A stretch of 63,991 nucleotides of DNA, filler included, from Reticulomyxa filosa (Eukaryota > Protista > Foraminifera), in NCBI GenBank assembly GCA_000512085.1. It is 20 parts of 20 records of this genome, joined end to end, with 100 filler letters (N's around TTAATTAATTAA, not from the genome) between each part and the next. Parts side by side here need not be neighbours in the genome. Positions count along the whole stretch, not along the records: positions 7,299 to 13,930 come from ASPP01009215.1; positions 14,031 to 18,353 come from ASPP01013648.1; positions 18,454 to 20,043 come from ASPP01003396.1; positions 20,144 to 21,975 come from ASPP01015576.1; positions 22,076 to 23,256 come from ASPP01011881.1; positions 23,357 to 27,165 come from ASPP01017990.1; 14 more parts are not named here. One strand, given 5' to 3'. Numbering within the stretch: the stretch's first letter is position 1; each line of letters begins with the position of its first letter. Positions 13,247-25,810 of the stretch are shown one piece after another. The notes beneath the pieces were generated by a model that made no database searches, was not told where the DNA came from, and saw only the letters and a list, made by a program, of their open reading frames with translations. Position numbers and translations under genes: made by a program.

Positions 13247-13823
13247 GCATATATATGTATATATGCATAATGTAAACAGAAAAGAAGAGAGAAGAACTGA
13301 TGCTAAATGACTCCGCGTATGTGTCGCTGACCAACAAAGACCTACTGAAAATCTCCTTTGTGAAGGACGACAAACTCGCGAAGCAAATATTGATGGTGCG
13401 CCAACGGCATGCCAACGAGGCGGCGTTGGAAGAGATGATCAAAAAGGCCAAAGTATCGAATCGCAGAGAATACATGCAAGTCCTAAAGGCGTGTTTGCGG
13501 ACCGCTTTGTCATTGCGGTCAGAGCTGATTTTGTGTGAAGTCAAGCAAGGCAATAAGCTATACATTGGAAATTTGCTCTTGCATCCCGACTACGAAATTG
13601 TCGAATTGGCCATTAGTGTACTGATTCACGTGTCGAAAGAAGAAACGTATGTTTTTTTGTTAGTGTCGCTGTTGTTGGTCAACACACACACACAAAATTG
13701 TTTTGATTTGTGAATGAGTGTAGGACATTGCTGCCAAAGATACTAATTGGACTGACCAATTTTGTATTGGAGTTTTTTATTCACGAAGCAAATTGTATCA
13801 GTATATTGCTGCAGACAATGAGC
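10359..13823 (+). CDS. FRY: Furry / Tao3 / Mor2 family HEAT-ARM scaffold (RAM/MOR pathway), 3' partial, multi-exon
   Basis: FVHLCAQQLDFAITTLLPQLF...EQIVLGLDVI resembles Furry [22 protein letters not shown]...ERMNIGLRAF. EWAKILGLIS and LLLHPDYEIVELAISVL also fit. Several GT-AG introns keep the frame. Confidence 0.72.
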
Positions 13824-13847
13824 AGTTCAGATACTGTCAAAAAAAAC

Positions 13848-13915
13848 TAAAAAATGTATACATAACATATATAAATTTATAAATAAATTTATATATGTTA
13901 TGTATACATTTTTTA
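13848..13915. repeat. Perfect 33-bp inverted repeat with 2-nt spacer
   Basis: TAAAAAATGTATACATAACATATATAAATTTAT (13848-13880), then AA, then its exact reverse complement (13883-13915). Confidence 0.95.
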
Positions 13916-14057
13916 ATTTTGCATTGAATTNNNNNNNNNNNNNNNNNNNNNNNNNNNNNNNNNNNNNNNNNNNNTTAATTAATTAANNNNNNNNNNNNNN
14001 NNNNNNNNNNNNNNNNNNNNNNNNNNNNNNAAAAAAAAAAAAAAAAAAAATGTTTAG

Positions 14058-15340
14058 CGACCCCGACTAACCAATGGACCTTCATCCCTGAAATTCGATA
14101 GTGACAGTGGCGCAGAAAGTCCACGGCCAACCCCAATTGCTACTCTCCAAAATTTGAGTCCAATTTCGCCTTCTGCTGATTCCACCTTGTCCCATGTCCC
14201 AAATGCTTTGCAACAACATTCATCACACAAAGAGCCACTCACCAATCAATCAGTAATTATATTGACGCATTGATGTTTCTCCCTCTATACATATCTACAT
14301 ATATATATATATACATATATATATATATGTATATATACATAGATATGTATGGTGTGTATCTATGTATGATGCATACATATATCATATACCATATAACATA
14401 GTCCATTTCAATTTCAAACGGTTTCAATGAAGAACAATGTTTGGATTTGTGCAGCAAGGGTTCAGTTGAGTTTGCTTGCAAATCCTTTTTATTATTTGTT
14501 TGTTTGTTTTTCTACAAAGTGGCAATTACACTTGTTAGGTCACATCCATGGGCTCCGATTTTGTAGTTTTGAGTGACAGTGACAATGCCACTCCAATGTC
14601 AACTGTGATTAGCAATAAAACGCCTTTCGTTAATGACGAGGTCACTCCAATTCAACATGACACCACCCCTATAAAGAACAGTGCAAATGCAAATCACAAT
14701 AGCGCCGCAAATGGAAAGTCGGATCGACATTGGAAAACATCTTCGAAAAAGAAAGTTCGAAATACAAAGAAGCAACAAGAAATTCATCACTCCTTGTCTA
14801 CCCCCACACAATCAATTACTTCTCCTCCTGACTCACGAAACATGCATTCCAAATTAACTGTTGATCGGGCCCTTTCCAAAAAAAAAAGCCTTCAACGTTT
14901 AGAACTTTTTTTTTAAAAAAAAACAAAAGGAAAAAAAAGAGCAAGGGATATTCAAATCAATCACTAGATCACTTGGTTTTCTTGAATAACAATAAATGTG
15001 TATAGGCCTTACAAATGACTCTGCCGCGTCTTCGTTACAAGATCAATATGGCAACGATAACACTCCGAACAAACTTGGCACAGGCAAAAAAGAGAAAGAG
15101 CCCAATAACAAGATCAAAAAAAGGAAAGCATTTGATAGACTGTCTGATTCGACCCAAATGGGATTGTTCATGTCCCTCGAAGACGCTACCAACTCAAAAA
15201 AACTAACACATCATGAAAAAAAGAAAAAAAAAGTAAAAAAATAGACGATGCTGCCACTAACATTGACGCCACGAAAAATGATGTTCCACACATCAATTCA
15301 AATACAGAAATATCCAAACAAACTATCATTGTACAAATGT
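14058..15340 (+). CDS. 3' exons of a Ser/Lys-rich low-complexity hypothetical protein
   Basis: ORFs 14548-14916 and 14996-15244 plus an upstream exon near 14058-14250, separated by intron-like tracts. No domain recognised. Confidence 0.4.
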
Positions 15341-16028
15341 GAAACAAAAGAAAAGCAAAAACAGTTTGTTTATATGCTGTGCTATGTATATCATAGCAGG
15401 GTGGGTAAGGAAGAATTAATCATCACTTCACCAATTTATTTGGCCGATTACAAGCATTTTTTTATGAGATCAGATTTATTGGTGTTGTTTTCTATTTACG
15501 TCGTTTTGGTATTTTTGTTTTTGTTTTTTGTTTGTTCGTCTTTTTTTTTATATGTGGTGATGGCTCTAATCGTTGTGAATCTTTTTTGTTCCACCAGTGA
15601 TTCAGATATTTTCTTTCTTTTAATATTAGCTTTCTGTTTTGTTTTGGGTGTTTTTTTTCATCTTGTGAAGAGGGGAGTGCATATTTGATTGTTCCGTGTG
15701 TTTGGTTCGTGATCGGTCTTGCCTCCCCTTTTTTTTTTTGGTTAAACATTGACCTGTTCAAAAACTTTTTGGGTGAAACTTCTTTGCATATAAAAAGGCT
15801 TTTGAGTAAGAAAAAAAGGGATTGCCCGTGTTGTTTCTGATCGATTCCAATCAAGTATAGATGTGTGCATCTTTCGAAAGTTTTAAATCTAGGAAGATTC
15901 GTAAGAGAATTGAGTCAAAAAATTGTTTTGTAGTTGTTTTTTTATTTTATTATTATTTGAAATGAAAAGACAATCTCGGTTTTAGGAAGGAAAAACAACA
16001 CCACACGCGAACAATTAGAAACGCAACA

Positions 16029-17829
16029 TTAAACCAAAATGAATTCCAACTCCACCCAATTGGGCATGTGTAACACAACATCATTGGTGTGTACCACATG
16101 TTTGGATAATACATGATAAATTGCATACACAGCAGGTCCAATTTTGTGATACTTGGGATGATCATTTTGTTTCCATAGGTTATATTTTCTTCGTTCGGTA
16201 ACTAATAAAATGCATTCAACTAAATGTTGCAGCTGTTGGTTGGAGGGGACGTCCTCATTCATTTGGATTTGGACAAACAAATAGCTTCCTCTTTCTCTTA
16301 CAAAGACAGTTTTGCCCTCCCCAAATCGGTAGGTGTGCAAAGGGGTATCCGACAAGGACAGTCCATGTTTGGAAGTCCTCAGTATATCTGCTGCATAAAT
16401 ACATTGTCGACAACCAGTATGTGTACTTGTGAGTTCAACTAGCGCTTTGAAATCTCCACTATAGCCATCGTACTTCCATTGCAAGTATTCTGCATAAGCG
16501 GTGTCATTTCGATCTAAGTAGAGCAGATGTTCTGCCAATTTTTTGGCATTAAAGTCAAAGTCCCCAGTGTAAATGATCGCTTTGGACTGATAGGGGTAAG
16601 GCCCACTGTCGGGCGCAAAAAACTTGACATTTGGAGCACCAATATAAACAGGGACGCTGCCGCTGCTCAGTGTTAAAAAAAACTTTTCAGTGATGTAGTC
16701 GTCTGTTTCACTATTTTCAAAAGCCAAAGAAAATTTGTAACTCGATAACAAGTGCAGTTTGCTTTGGTCACGTGATTTGTCTTTCTGCTCATCCTTGTTG
16801 TGCATGCATCGACCATAGCTATCTACCTTGACCCCGTAGCTTTGCAGCTCCTCCACCATTCTATTTCGTTTATGAAATCCACAATTGCTTATGAACGCAG
16901 CTGCAAGTGCGCTCTTTATTATTATTATTATTTGTTATTATTTATAAAAAAAAAGGGCAAGAGAAAGTTCACCAAAAAAAAAAAAAAAAAACTTGTGTTT
17001 TTGGTTGAGGTGGTCTCATGATAGCAAAGTCATGATAAGAAAAGTAAGGCACAGGCACTTCACTATTCAGTTTGGTTGTTCCGACGATGAACTCTTTTTG
17101 CGGAAACATAGCCACATTTTCCATGGAAAAACGGAAGCCTTGGAAGTCGCAAGTGCCCGAGTTGCAGTCACTCGTGCATGTAATATCGCATGCGATTTCC
17201 GTGCTCGGCTGTCCAGAATAGGATCGAATGCTGACCGGCTTGACCGAGTAGTCTCGGTTATAATGTTTGGTGTTTTTATTGTTCGGGTCACGTACCACCT
17301 TGAGTGCCGTGGCATAGTCCTTTGCGTTCGTCAAATGTTGTCTGCTGTCGAACCCGATCAAGTATTCCACACGGGTGTCATGACCAGGACGTGACATATA
17401 CCGCAGTGATAATCCGGTTGCTTGTGCAAGTTTTTGCGCATCTGTGATCCCTGAAAAATTTTCTGAGACGAGTTGGTCCATCGATATTGTCAACTTTACT
17501 TGTTGTGAACTCGGCTGCTTCTCTTTGCTGTTCCTGTTTGCTTGTGCTTCAATCAACGATGTTTGGTCGATAGGTTTATGTGGTTTGCCATCCACTACTG
17601 GATCCGGAACGTGCGGCGCTTGCAAGGTAGGCGAATCGGACTGCACTTCCGGCATTATACTCATTGTCACTGCCACTATCAACAAAAATGCCCCGCTTAC
17701 AAACAGCACGAACAACGCCATTCCCGACCTGATACACTGCCTGTATAGCGAAGAGCTACTCAAGCTAGAGGATCGATCTTGCTTGCCCCCGAAAGGCGCA
17801 GGTTGAGATGATCGACGAGGTGCAACCAT
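16029..17829 (-). CDS. GT10 alpha-1,3-fucosyltransferase (core FucT-like), type II membrane protein
   Basis: N-terminal TM helix; FSMEN; AAFISNC; VDSYGRC; YKFSLAFENS..DYITEKFF..L..GSVPVYIG (alpha-1,3-FucT motif). One phase-0 GT-AG intron at about 16914-16992. Confidence 0.93.
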
Positions 17830-18717
17830 TATTATACTATTACATAAATGTTCAAGTGCTCCGTCCTTTCAAAAAACTTTTCATAACGTCTATTACTCAT
17901 CTTTGTTTTTTCTGTCTGTAAATTCTACTATGTTTAAATGTTGTAGTTAATCTTTGGATCCTGTCTTTTGGGTTTTCGGGCGTGGTCAACAAGAGCCAGT
18001 TGGACAAGCTTTTTTAAAAAAAAAATTTCAAAAGACAATCAATTGTGATTCGTCTGCTTACAATAGTGCATACACGAAAGTAGAATTCGAACACAAAAAT
18101 TAGAAAATGTTGCGATATTGGCACTTGGCAAGGTTGAATTCTGCCCAAATGTGCAGCATTCATTCTAGTAGTAGTGTAGCTCGATTTTCGAGCGCAGCGC
18201 TTGCCAATGTAAGTAAAACGAGCGTTTAATTTGTAGTGGTAAAGTGATATTTTTTTTTTTTTTCTTGTACAAAACAATGAACCAACAAAACAACAAAAAT
18301 GAAAAATTGGCGATCGAATCCTGTTCTCTCCCTCTGCTCTTTCCCTCCCTCCCNNNNNNNNNNNNNNNNNNNNNNNNNNNNNNNNNNNNNNNNNNNNTTA
18401 ATTAATTAANNNNNNNNNNNNNNNNNNNNNNNNNNNNNNNNNNNNNNNNNNNNGTCGTCACTGCCCGTTCTTTTGGAGCAGTCGCTGCACAATTTACTTT
18501 TTTTTTTTTTAAAATTTTTTTGTTTTTGTTTTTTTTTTTTTTGCAAAGGTTTCGCTGTTGTATTGATGGAAAGGGGGCCAACAAGGAATTTTTTTTTTTA
18601 GTTCGAGTTTCGAAAAAAAAACTTAACTAAGCACGTCCAATTGAGTTTGTTTTTTTTTTAAAGCCTCAATAAAAGAAGCAATGGATTTTTTTCGAAGAAA
18701 GATCGCAATAATGTACT

Positions 18718-19089
18718 GTCACTTCACATCCCAACTCTTTGGCCTTTTCGAGATCTGCGGCCAATTCTGCTCCTTTATCTTTGCTTTGTGGTCTAACCAA
18801 TAAATGCAATCCTATCCATCATTTTTCAATATGTTTACATTATCATGTTTGGTCATTCAAAACAAAACAAAACAAATCACGTACGCAATCCAGGTGTTTT
18901 TACAAGTTCCTTCACAATTGCACGTCCAATTGTTCCTGTTGCACCTGTCATCACAATCGAAGATGGGATTGTGAGACGTCCTGAAGACGTTCGTCGGAGT
19001 TTGGCATCAGTTCCTTTTAAGCTCTCATATTGACGAATTTTCGAAGGCTTTGGAGATCTTGGAGACTTTTGTTCAGGATCTTCAGACAT
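18718..19089 (-). CDS. NmrA / atypical SDR Rossmann-fold oxidoreductase, 3' partial
   Basis: IVMTGATGTIGRAIVKELVK, then after a GT-AG intron RLHLLVRPQS...AKELGCEV. Confidence 0.8.
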
Positions 19090-19891
19090 TGTTATTTTGA
19101 AATGCTAATAAGTGACACTTTGTTCAATGAAGAACCTAAAAAAATTAAACTTAGCAGAACTAAACGCACTTGGCGTTTGGCAACAAGTATGGAGAAAACG
19201 CCAATTTGTAACATCAGCAGGCTTTGTATGAAATTTAAAAAAGTAAGATTTATATGAATATCTAATCACAATATAATATTAAATAGTAAATAACAACATA
19301 TATAAAAACAATCCCATACAAATAACTACAATGAATTAAGATCAATTAGTTGTAATGTTGATGCAAATACTAATGTCGGAAAACATTAAATAAAACGCGT
19401 AATGCGACCGACAAATCGATACTAAATGGAAGTGATGTGTCGAGATCATTTAAGCGCGCATTACCAACAAAGCAAATGTCGTTAATAATTGTTAACAATT
19501 TTCACATAAAATCAATTAATATGTTTTTCCTGCATAGAAAAAGTTTCTGCTCGTGTGGTATTTTACAATTTGTATGTTGAAAATCAGATTAAAACAAAAA
19601 ATGACTGTTTTCGAACATGTTGTAGGGAAACTAAGATATAGTCCTAGAAATTAGATTGGAAAGCATAAAAATGTAATTTAAGTGTAAAAAGAATGTTTCA
19701 TACACCGATGTTGATATCTTTCAACTGAACTCCATTATCTGACAATATACACTCAAGTAATCAGCTTGGATATATGTTTATTGATAAAAATTAATGTGAC
19801 TTTTTTTGCCCAGCTATACATCATTAACTTATCTAGTGAATATTTATCGTAGTTATTGTGTATTTGTTTCTGAAAGTAGACTAACTATGTA

Positions 19892-20043
19892 CAGTAGGAT
19901 AAAAAAGAAAGTTGAAACCTAAAATGCCACCTTATAGAGATTAGTGTTTCTACACGAAAAAACAACATTTAATCAAAATTTTTTTAAAAAAATAATAAAT
20001 ACGAATCGTGTAGTTTTTAAATATTATTTTGGTTTTTATTAAG
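19892..20043. mobile_element. End of a Tc1/mariner-type element related to the MITE at 25811, truncated by the contig end
   Basis: TA|CAGTAG terminus. Shares ACCTAAAATGCCACCTTAT, ACATTTAATC and TGTAGTTTTTAAAT in the same order with the TIR at 25811. Confidence 0.75.
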
Positions 20044-20423
20044 NNNNNNNNNNNNNNNNNNNNNNNNNNNNNNNNNNNNNNNNNNNNTTAATTAATTAAN
20101 NNNNNNNNNNNNNNNNNNNNNNNNNNNNNNNNNNNNNNNNNNNAAGACACAAATGCAAATTACTTATATATTTATATGTATCTAATTTACACATGATTGT
20201 ATATGTGTATGCACACATAACAATGGGATGCAATGGGCACAATGGCCAATTGCTCAAGCTACAACTGTGTTTGGCAAAGAAAGAAAGAGAGAAAAAAAGA
20301 GGAAGGAAAAAAAAAAAAAAAAACAAAGACCAAAAGTGGCTCATATTTTCTTTTTTTTTTTAAAAAAAAATGTGGCAATACCGCAATTTGCACAATCGAA
20401 TTGTCTGTGTGTTGCCAACGTTC

Positions 20424-21738
20424 CAGAAAACATTGTATATGCAGATCAAAATCGTGATAAAATAGTGATTATTGATTTTGGTGACGCCAAAGAAGTCACC
20501 GATGAATCTACACATGAAGACTTTGGTAAATTGTGTCAAACACACAAAAATGAAACAACATATACATATAATATATACTTGTATATGATATGTATATGCA
20601 TATAAGTATGTGTATATACAAATAGTCGGAACAGCATTTTATTTAGCCCCGGAAGCCATTCGCAAACGAACGGGGGCAGAGTTGAAAAATCAGATTTGTG
20701 GACCATTGGAGTGATAACGTATGTGTTAGTAACAGGACGACCGCCGTTTTGGGGAAGGGAAACAAAGAGATCATCCGCAAGATCATTCGTGGTGTGGTTC
20801 GCTTTCCCACCACAATCAAGGTATCGGAGCAATGTCAAGATTTTATTCATCGGCTGTTGCAAAAAGACCCCAACTCACGCATGTCTGCGAAAGAGGCACT
20901 TCAGCACCCTTGGATCATTGGAAAAGATGCTTCCGATGGATTTGGAGAGGAGGCTCTATCCAATTTGGCTATGTTTGGCAGAGCCAGTTATGTTGTAGAC
21001 AAGCACTACATTTCATTTCAAAGAAACGTTATTTATATAAATATATATGCATATTTATATTTATATAAATTTTTTTTTTTTTGCAATGACAATTTTTTGG
21101 GAAAGGCCAATTAAAACGACTGATCGTAACAACGGTGACGGCAAACTTGGACAAAAAGCATCAAAAAGAGTATGAAAAACAGTTCAACTTTGTGGATGTG
21201 AATCAAGATGAATTGATTGACTGGACAGATATGCAACACTTTTTGTCGAAACTACTTCCCGACAATAATGAAAAGGATCTTCAACAAATGGCCAAAACCA
21301 TTGTTCACAATATCTCGGGCAATGATGATCAGCCAATCACCAAGGGTGACTGGAACAATGCCAATGTCTCCAAATTACTTTCTTCTGACCATCTCGTTGC
21401 CAGACAATTCAAAAGTTCACATTAATTCTTATATACGATATTTATGCTCCCTCTCTTTTCCCCCTTTTTTTTGTATGTTATGTCAATACTCACATTGCAA
21501 AAAAAAAAAAAAAAAAAAAATGCTCATTTGTCAAACAGAGCTGGATGTCAACGAAGATGGCTTTTTGTCCAGTGACGACTTGCTGCAAATATTTGATGAT
21601 TTGTCCCAAGAGAAGATTAAAGAAATCATTGAGGAAGTTGACTTGGACGCCGACGGCATGGTCAACTTTGACGAATTTAAACAAGCGATGCGATTTGAAC
21701 CTGCTTTTGTACTCCCTCCGAGACTTGCGTCTAATTAA
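20424..21738 (+). CDS. Calcium-dependent protein kinase (kinase C-lobe + EF-hands), 5' partial
   Basis: PENIV..IIDFG..VGTAFYLAPE..DLWTIGVITY..PPFWG..RMSAKEALQHPWI. EF loops DVNQDELIDWTD, DVNEDGFLSSDD and DLDADGMVNFDE. Three GT-AG introns; two missing-A frameshifts (about 20687 and 20756). Confidence 0.9.
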
Positions 21739-22075
21739 TTTCCAGTTCTACTTGTAAACACGGGTAGGGCAAAGGCAGGAAAGAAAAGGGAGAGGGGGCT
21801 CGTGAAATAGTGGGTAATAGATCGGAATCATACGAAGAGGGCGGAATTAAATACACTTTTGATACACAATTTTTTATTTGGAAACAAAAAAAATTAGGGG
21901 CTAGAGAGAGGGGTAGGAGAATAAAATAATTCCAGTTTTCAGATATTGTGATTGTTTTTTTTGTTTTTTTTTTTTNNNNNNNNNNNNNNNNNNNNNNNNN
22001 NNNNNNNNNNNNNNNNNNNTTAATTAATTAANNNNNNNNNNNNNNNNNNNNNNNNNNNNNNNNNNNNNNNNNNNN

Positions 22076-23240
22076 TCTTTTCGGGTTTTTTTTTTTTTTA
22101 ACTTGGCAATTTAAATTTTTTTGACTTTCGTTTTTTCGCATTGCGTCTGGGACATTGTTTGGATATTTCTGACGGTACCTCCGCCGTGCATACGCAGGGA
22201 AATGCTGCTGTGCTTGTGATCCCATTGGGTTCATGTTTCTCATTCTTTGTTGTTGTTGTTGTTGTTGCTGTTGATATTGATGTTGTTGCTGTTGCTGTTG
22301 CCATGCCAAGTACATTTGCGCTTCTTCTGGTGAGGGCCACATTTGACTGGGGTCTGCAATTGGCTGCTGAGGGAAAAAGGGCTGCGGTCGCAACACCACG
22401 TTATTCATTCCAAGCATGCCAGGGGTGCCCGTGTTATACTCATTACCGGTAAACATTTGTGGGTTCTGTTGAATAGCTTCTTGAGCCTTCAGTGCCACTT
22501 GTTGTGCATCGGGAGGTATTTGCTGGGTGAGCACATCCCCTCCGTGTCCATGTCCGTGTCCATGTCCGTGTCCATGTCCATGCCCATGTCCATGGTTATG
22601 TCCGTAATTGGTGTTCAACGTATTTGTAGATGTGGTGACAGGAAAGGACTGAGGAGCCATTGTAACCGTGGACTGAGTGTTGTATGCGTCATTCACGGGG
22701 TGCGACACAGACATGTGCTCCGGAGATTGTGATGGTGGGCCACCTGTATTTCCATTACCTGACAATGCAATCCCACCCATGCCAGTATTGCTCATGCCAC
22801 CGCTTCCTCCTCCTCCAACTCCAATGGAGGGATCTGCTGTGATATCATGATGTTGGTGGCGTTCAAAATTTGCATAGGGATTCATTTCATATTCGACGTC
22901 CCCGCCAATGTCCTGAGCATATATGGATGAGTCGGATGGGTTATGCGACCAATTAAAGTTGGTGTTCACGTCGTGTGTTGCATTCACTCCGTATGGCGCA
23001 TTCGCTTCATACGCTGGATACATACCTGTTTCCAACGTATAGTATACGCACATATGTATATATGTATGTACATATATATTAAAACATATGCATATACATT
23101 TCTTTATTTATGTAACAAAAAAAGAAAAACATCTCTAAACGCACCTGCTGTCTGTTCTGTCGGATAAGCACGTTGATCAGGCACGAACTGGCCATGCTCC
23201 AAGGTGGTATCTGTTTCGGTCACTGAAAGCAACAACCACA
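22076..23240 (-). CDS. Internal exons of a Gln/Gly/His-rich low-complexity protein
   Basis: Long open frame 22076-23030 with (HG)n and poly-Q; intron-like (TA)n at about 23040-23130. Confidence 0.55.
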
Positions 23241-23356
23241 AAACATGCTAAGAAAANNNNNNNNNNNNNNNNNNNNNNNNNNNNNNNNNNNNNNNNNNNN
23301 TTAATTAATTAANNNNNNNNNNNNNNNNNNNNNNNNNNNNNNNNNNNNNNNNNNNN

Positions 23357-23731
23357 ATTGAATACAATATTATCTGGATCAGAAGATAAAAGTGTTCGTT
23401 TGTGGGATATTCGATCTGATCAACAAATTCAAGTGTTCAATGGACATAGAAATCGTGTATGGTCTGTTGAATATTCATCATTTGTAATAAAGAATAGTAT
23501 TGGTAATTCAAATGTGATATGTTCTGGATCAGATGATAATACAATTCGATTTTGGGATATTCGATCAAATAAGAATGAGTTGTATATCATCAAAGGAGAT
23601 GATAAAGAAGATGGTGGAATATTATGTCTTAAATTTATTGGATTGAAAAAGAAAAAGGAGACAAAAATGTCACATATGATTTGAATTTATGTTATGGTTC
23701 ACGTAAAGGTCCCATTCATATTTGGGGATGA
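23357..23731 (+). CDS. Expanded-family WD40 repeat protein, C-terminal part (copy A)
   Basis: ILSGSEDKSVRLWD..FNGHRNRVWSVEY..ICSGSDDNTIRFWD..HIWG*. One A is missing near 23667 relative to copy B. Confidence 0.9.
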
Positions 23732-25149
23732 ACAAGAAATGAAAGTGTTTTTATTTGAAAGTTTAATTAAAAGAAAAATGATATGATAAACTTATTTGAT
23801 TTGATTTAATGCAAGAATTGAAAGATGCGTTTTATCTTTGTTTATAAAAATTGAAAAAGTTGCATTCAATGTTTTTTAAAGAATTTAAACGCATAATAAA
23901 TTAAAATTGCATCTAAATATAAAATAAATTGCAAGTTATTTCAAGTATTGTGTTTTTTGTACAGAATCGAATACAATAATTCATGACATAAATTTTTTCT
24001 ATTTCGAAAAACACAGAATATAATTAAAAAACTTGAAATATTGAATCTTTTTAAATAATAAAATGATTGATTTAAGAAAAGTTTGTTAAAATCGGACAAA
24101 TAATAATAAATTTGAATGAATCGAAAAGGTAAGAAGATTGTAATTTTTATCAATCAAAACACAATAAAAGAAGAGAATTGCTTTTTTCAATTCATTTGGG
24201 ACGTCAAATGATTTATTCATAAATTTATAAATGAAATAATAATGATAAGTTTTAATGATAAGAAAAACAATAATTAAATCATTGGAAAAAAAGAATTCCA
24301 ATTTGACTCAGAATACATTTCGTTATTGTGAGATTATTCTAAATTAAATAATAAATGGATTGCATTTAAAAATGCCCCTTCTATTACAAGCAAAAATCAA
24401 CACTAATTTGCTGTCTTTGCAATCAAATTGGGAATCATGTTGTCTGTAATCTAACACAACGTGCAAAATAAAACAACTCAATGAATTGTTTCATTAATCT
24501 TTAAAATAATTAATAAATTGATTCCAGTTAAATTCAATTTTTCCATAATATTGTTATCTGCAGTCATGGCACGTTCTCACTAATGCTTGAAATGTATTAA
24601 ACACTTTTTCTCTATGATCATCACCTCCAAAGATAATAAAAATTTTTCGTACTATTTTTATTTTTGTTTATTATGTATATTTTACAAACAATTAATTGAA
24701 GTATCATATTATAAAACAAAGAAATATCTTTAAAAATCTTGTGATTATGGACCGTTCTCGATTAATCATCGAATATTTGACTTTGTTTAGATTTTAAAGA
24801 GCATGACTAATTAGTTTTTTTCCCAATTATGTGCAACTTTTTGTTTCATTACCAAACAAAAAATGTTTATGTATTAATCGACAAACATAAAAATAAGATT
24901 GAGTGAATTGATAGATCATATACAGGTAAGCTTTCTTTGTAATTAAACACACAATGAATTTTATTGTAACCAAAAAAAAATTTGTTATTCGACATTGGAT
25001 TCGAATTTTAAAGATAAATTTAAGATGGATTAATGATTTTAACAAAATTGTTATCAAATATGTCAAGTAATGTTTTTTTTTGACATATAAATGATCGATA
25101 ATTATGTGATTCAGGTAAGAGATTTTGGACTATTAATGGTTTTACGAGG

Positions 25150-25422
25150 AAGATAATGCAATACGATTATGTGATGTACATTCTAGAATAGAGATAAAAC
25201 AATTATTAGGACATTCAAGGGATATATTGAGTACACAATTTTCATCAGATAGTAAAATGGTTGTATCATCATCAAGTGATAAAACAATCAATTTGTGGAA
25301 TGTAAAATCATGGAAGAGGATACAAATATTTGAAGGACATTCCCAAGTTATAATATTTATCTCAAAATGGAAATACAATTATATCAGGTTCTACAGATTG
25401 CGCAATTCGAATTTGGTGATGA
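25150..25422 (+). pseudogene. Degenerate WD40 repeat gene
   Basis: DNAIRLCDV..LLGHS..QFSSDSKMVVSSSSDKTINLWNV..FEGHS..ISGSTDCAIRIW* with frameshifts and deletions. Confidence 0.8.
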
Positions 25423-25810
25423 TTAAGATTCACACAAATGAACACAATTTTTCTTTTAATTTGTGTTCCTTTTGAATAAAAATTTTGTTATATGAGTATT
25501 GATTTCTTAGCACTTAATTCATGCACTTTGTTTGCTTTTAAAAATCCTGATATATCGTTGTGCATGTTATTTCATCTACTGAAATAAATTTCTTATTTTT
25601 GTGAGTAATTTAATATTTTCATCAGCTCATTTGTTCTCCAAACAGCAATCATTAAATGAAGATACTGTAATACTTATCTAAACTCTCCTCCTTTTGTACT
25701 TCATTCGAATTATTGAATTAAATGTGATAACATCAAGAGCCATTAATTATTCACCGATTGAACTTGTTTGCTTCTTAAATTATGGCTCAAATAATGTTTT
25801 TGTTATTTTA

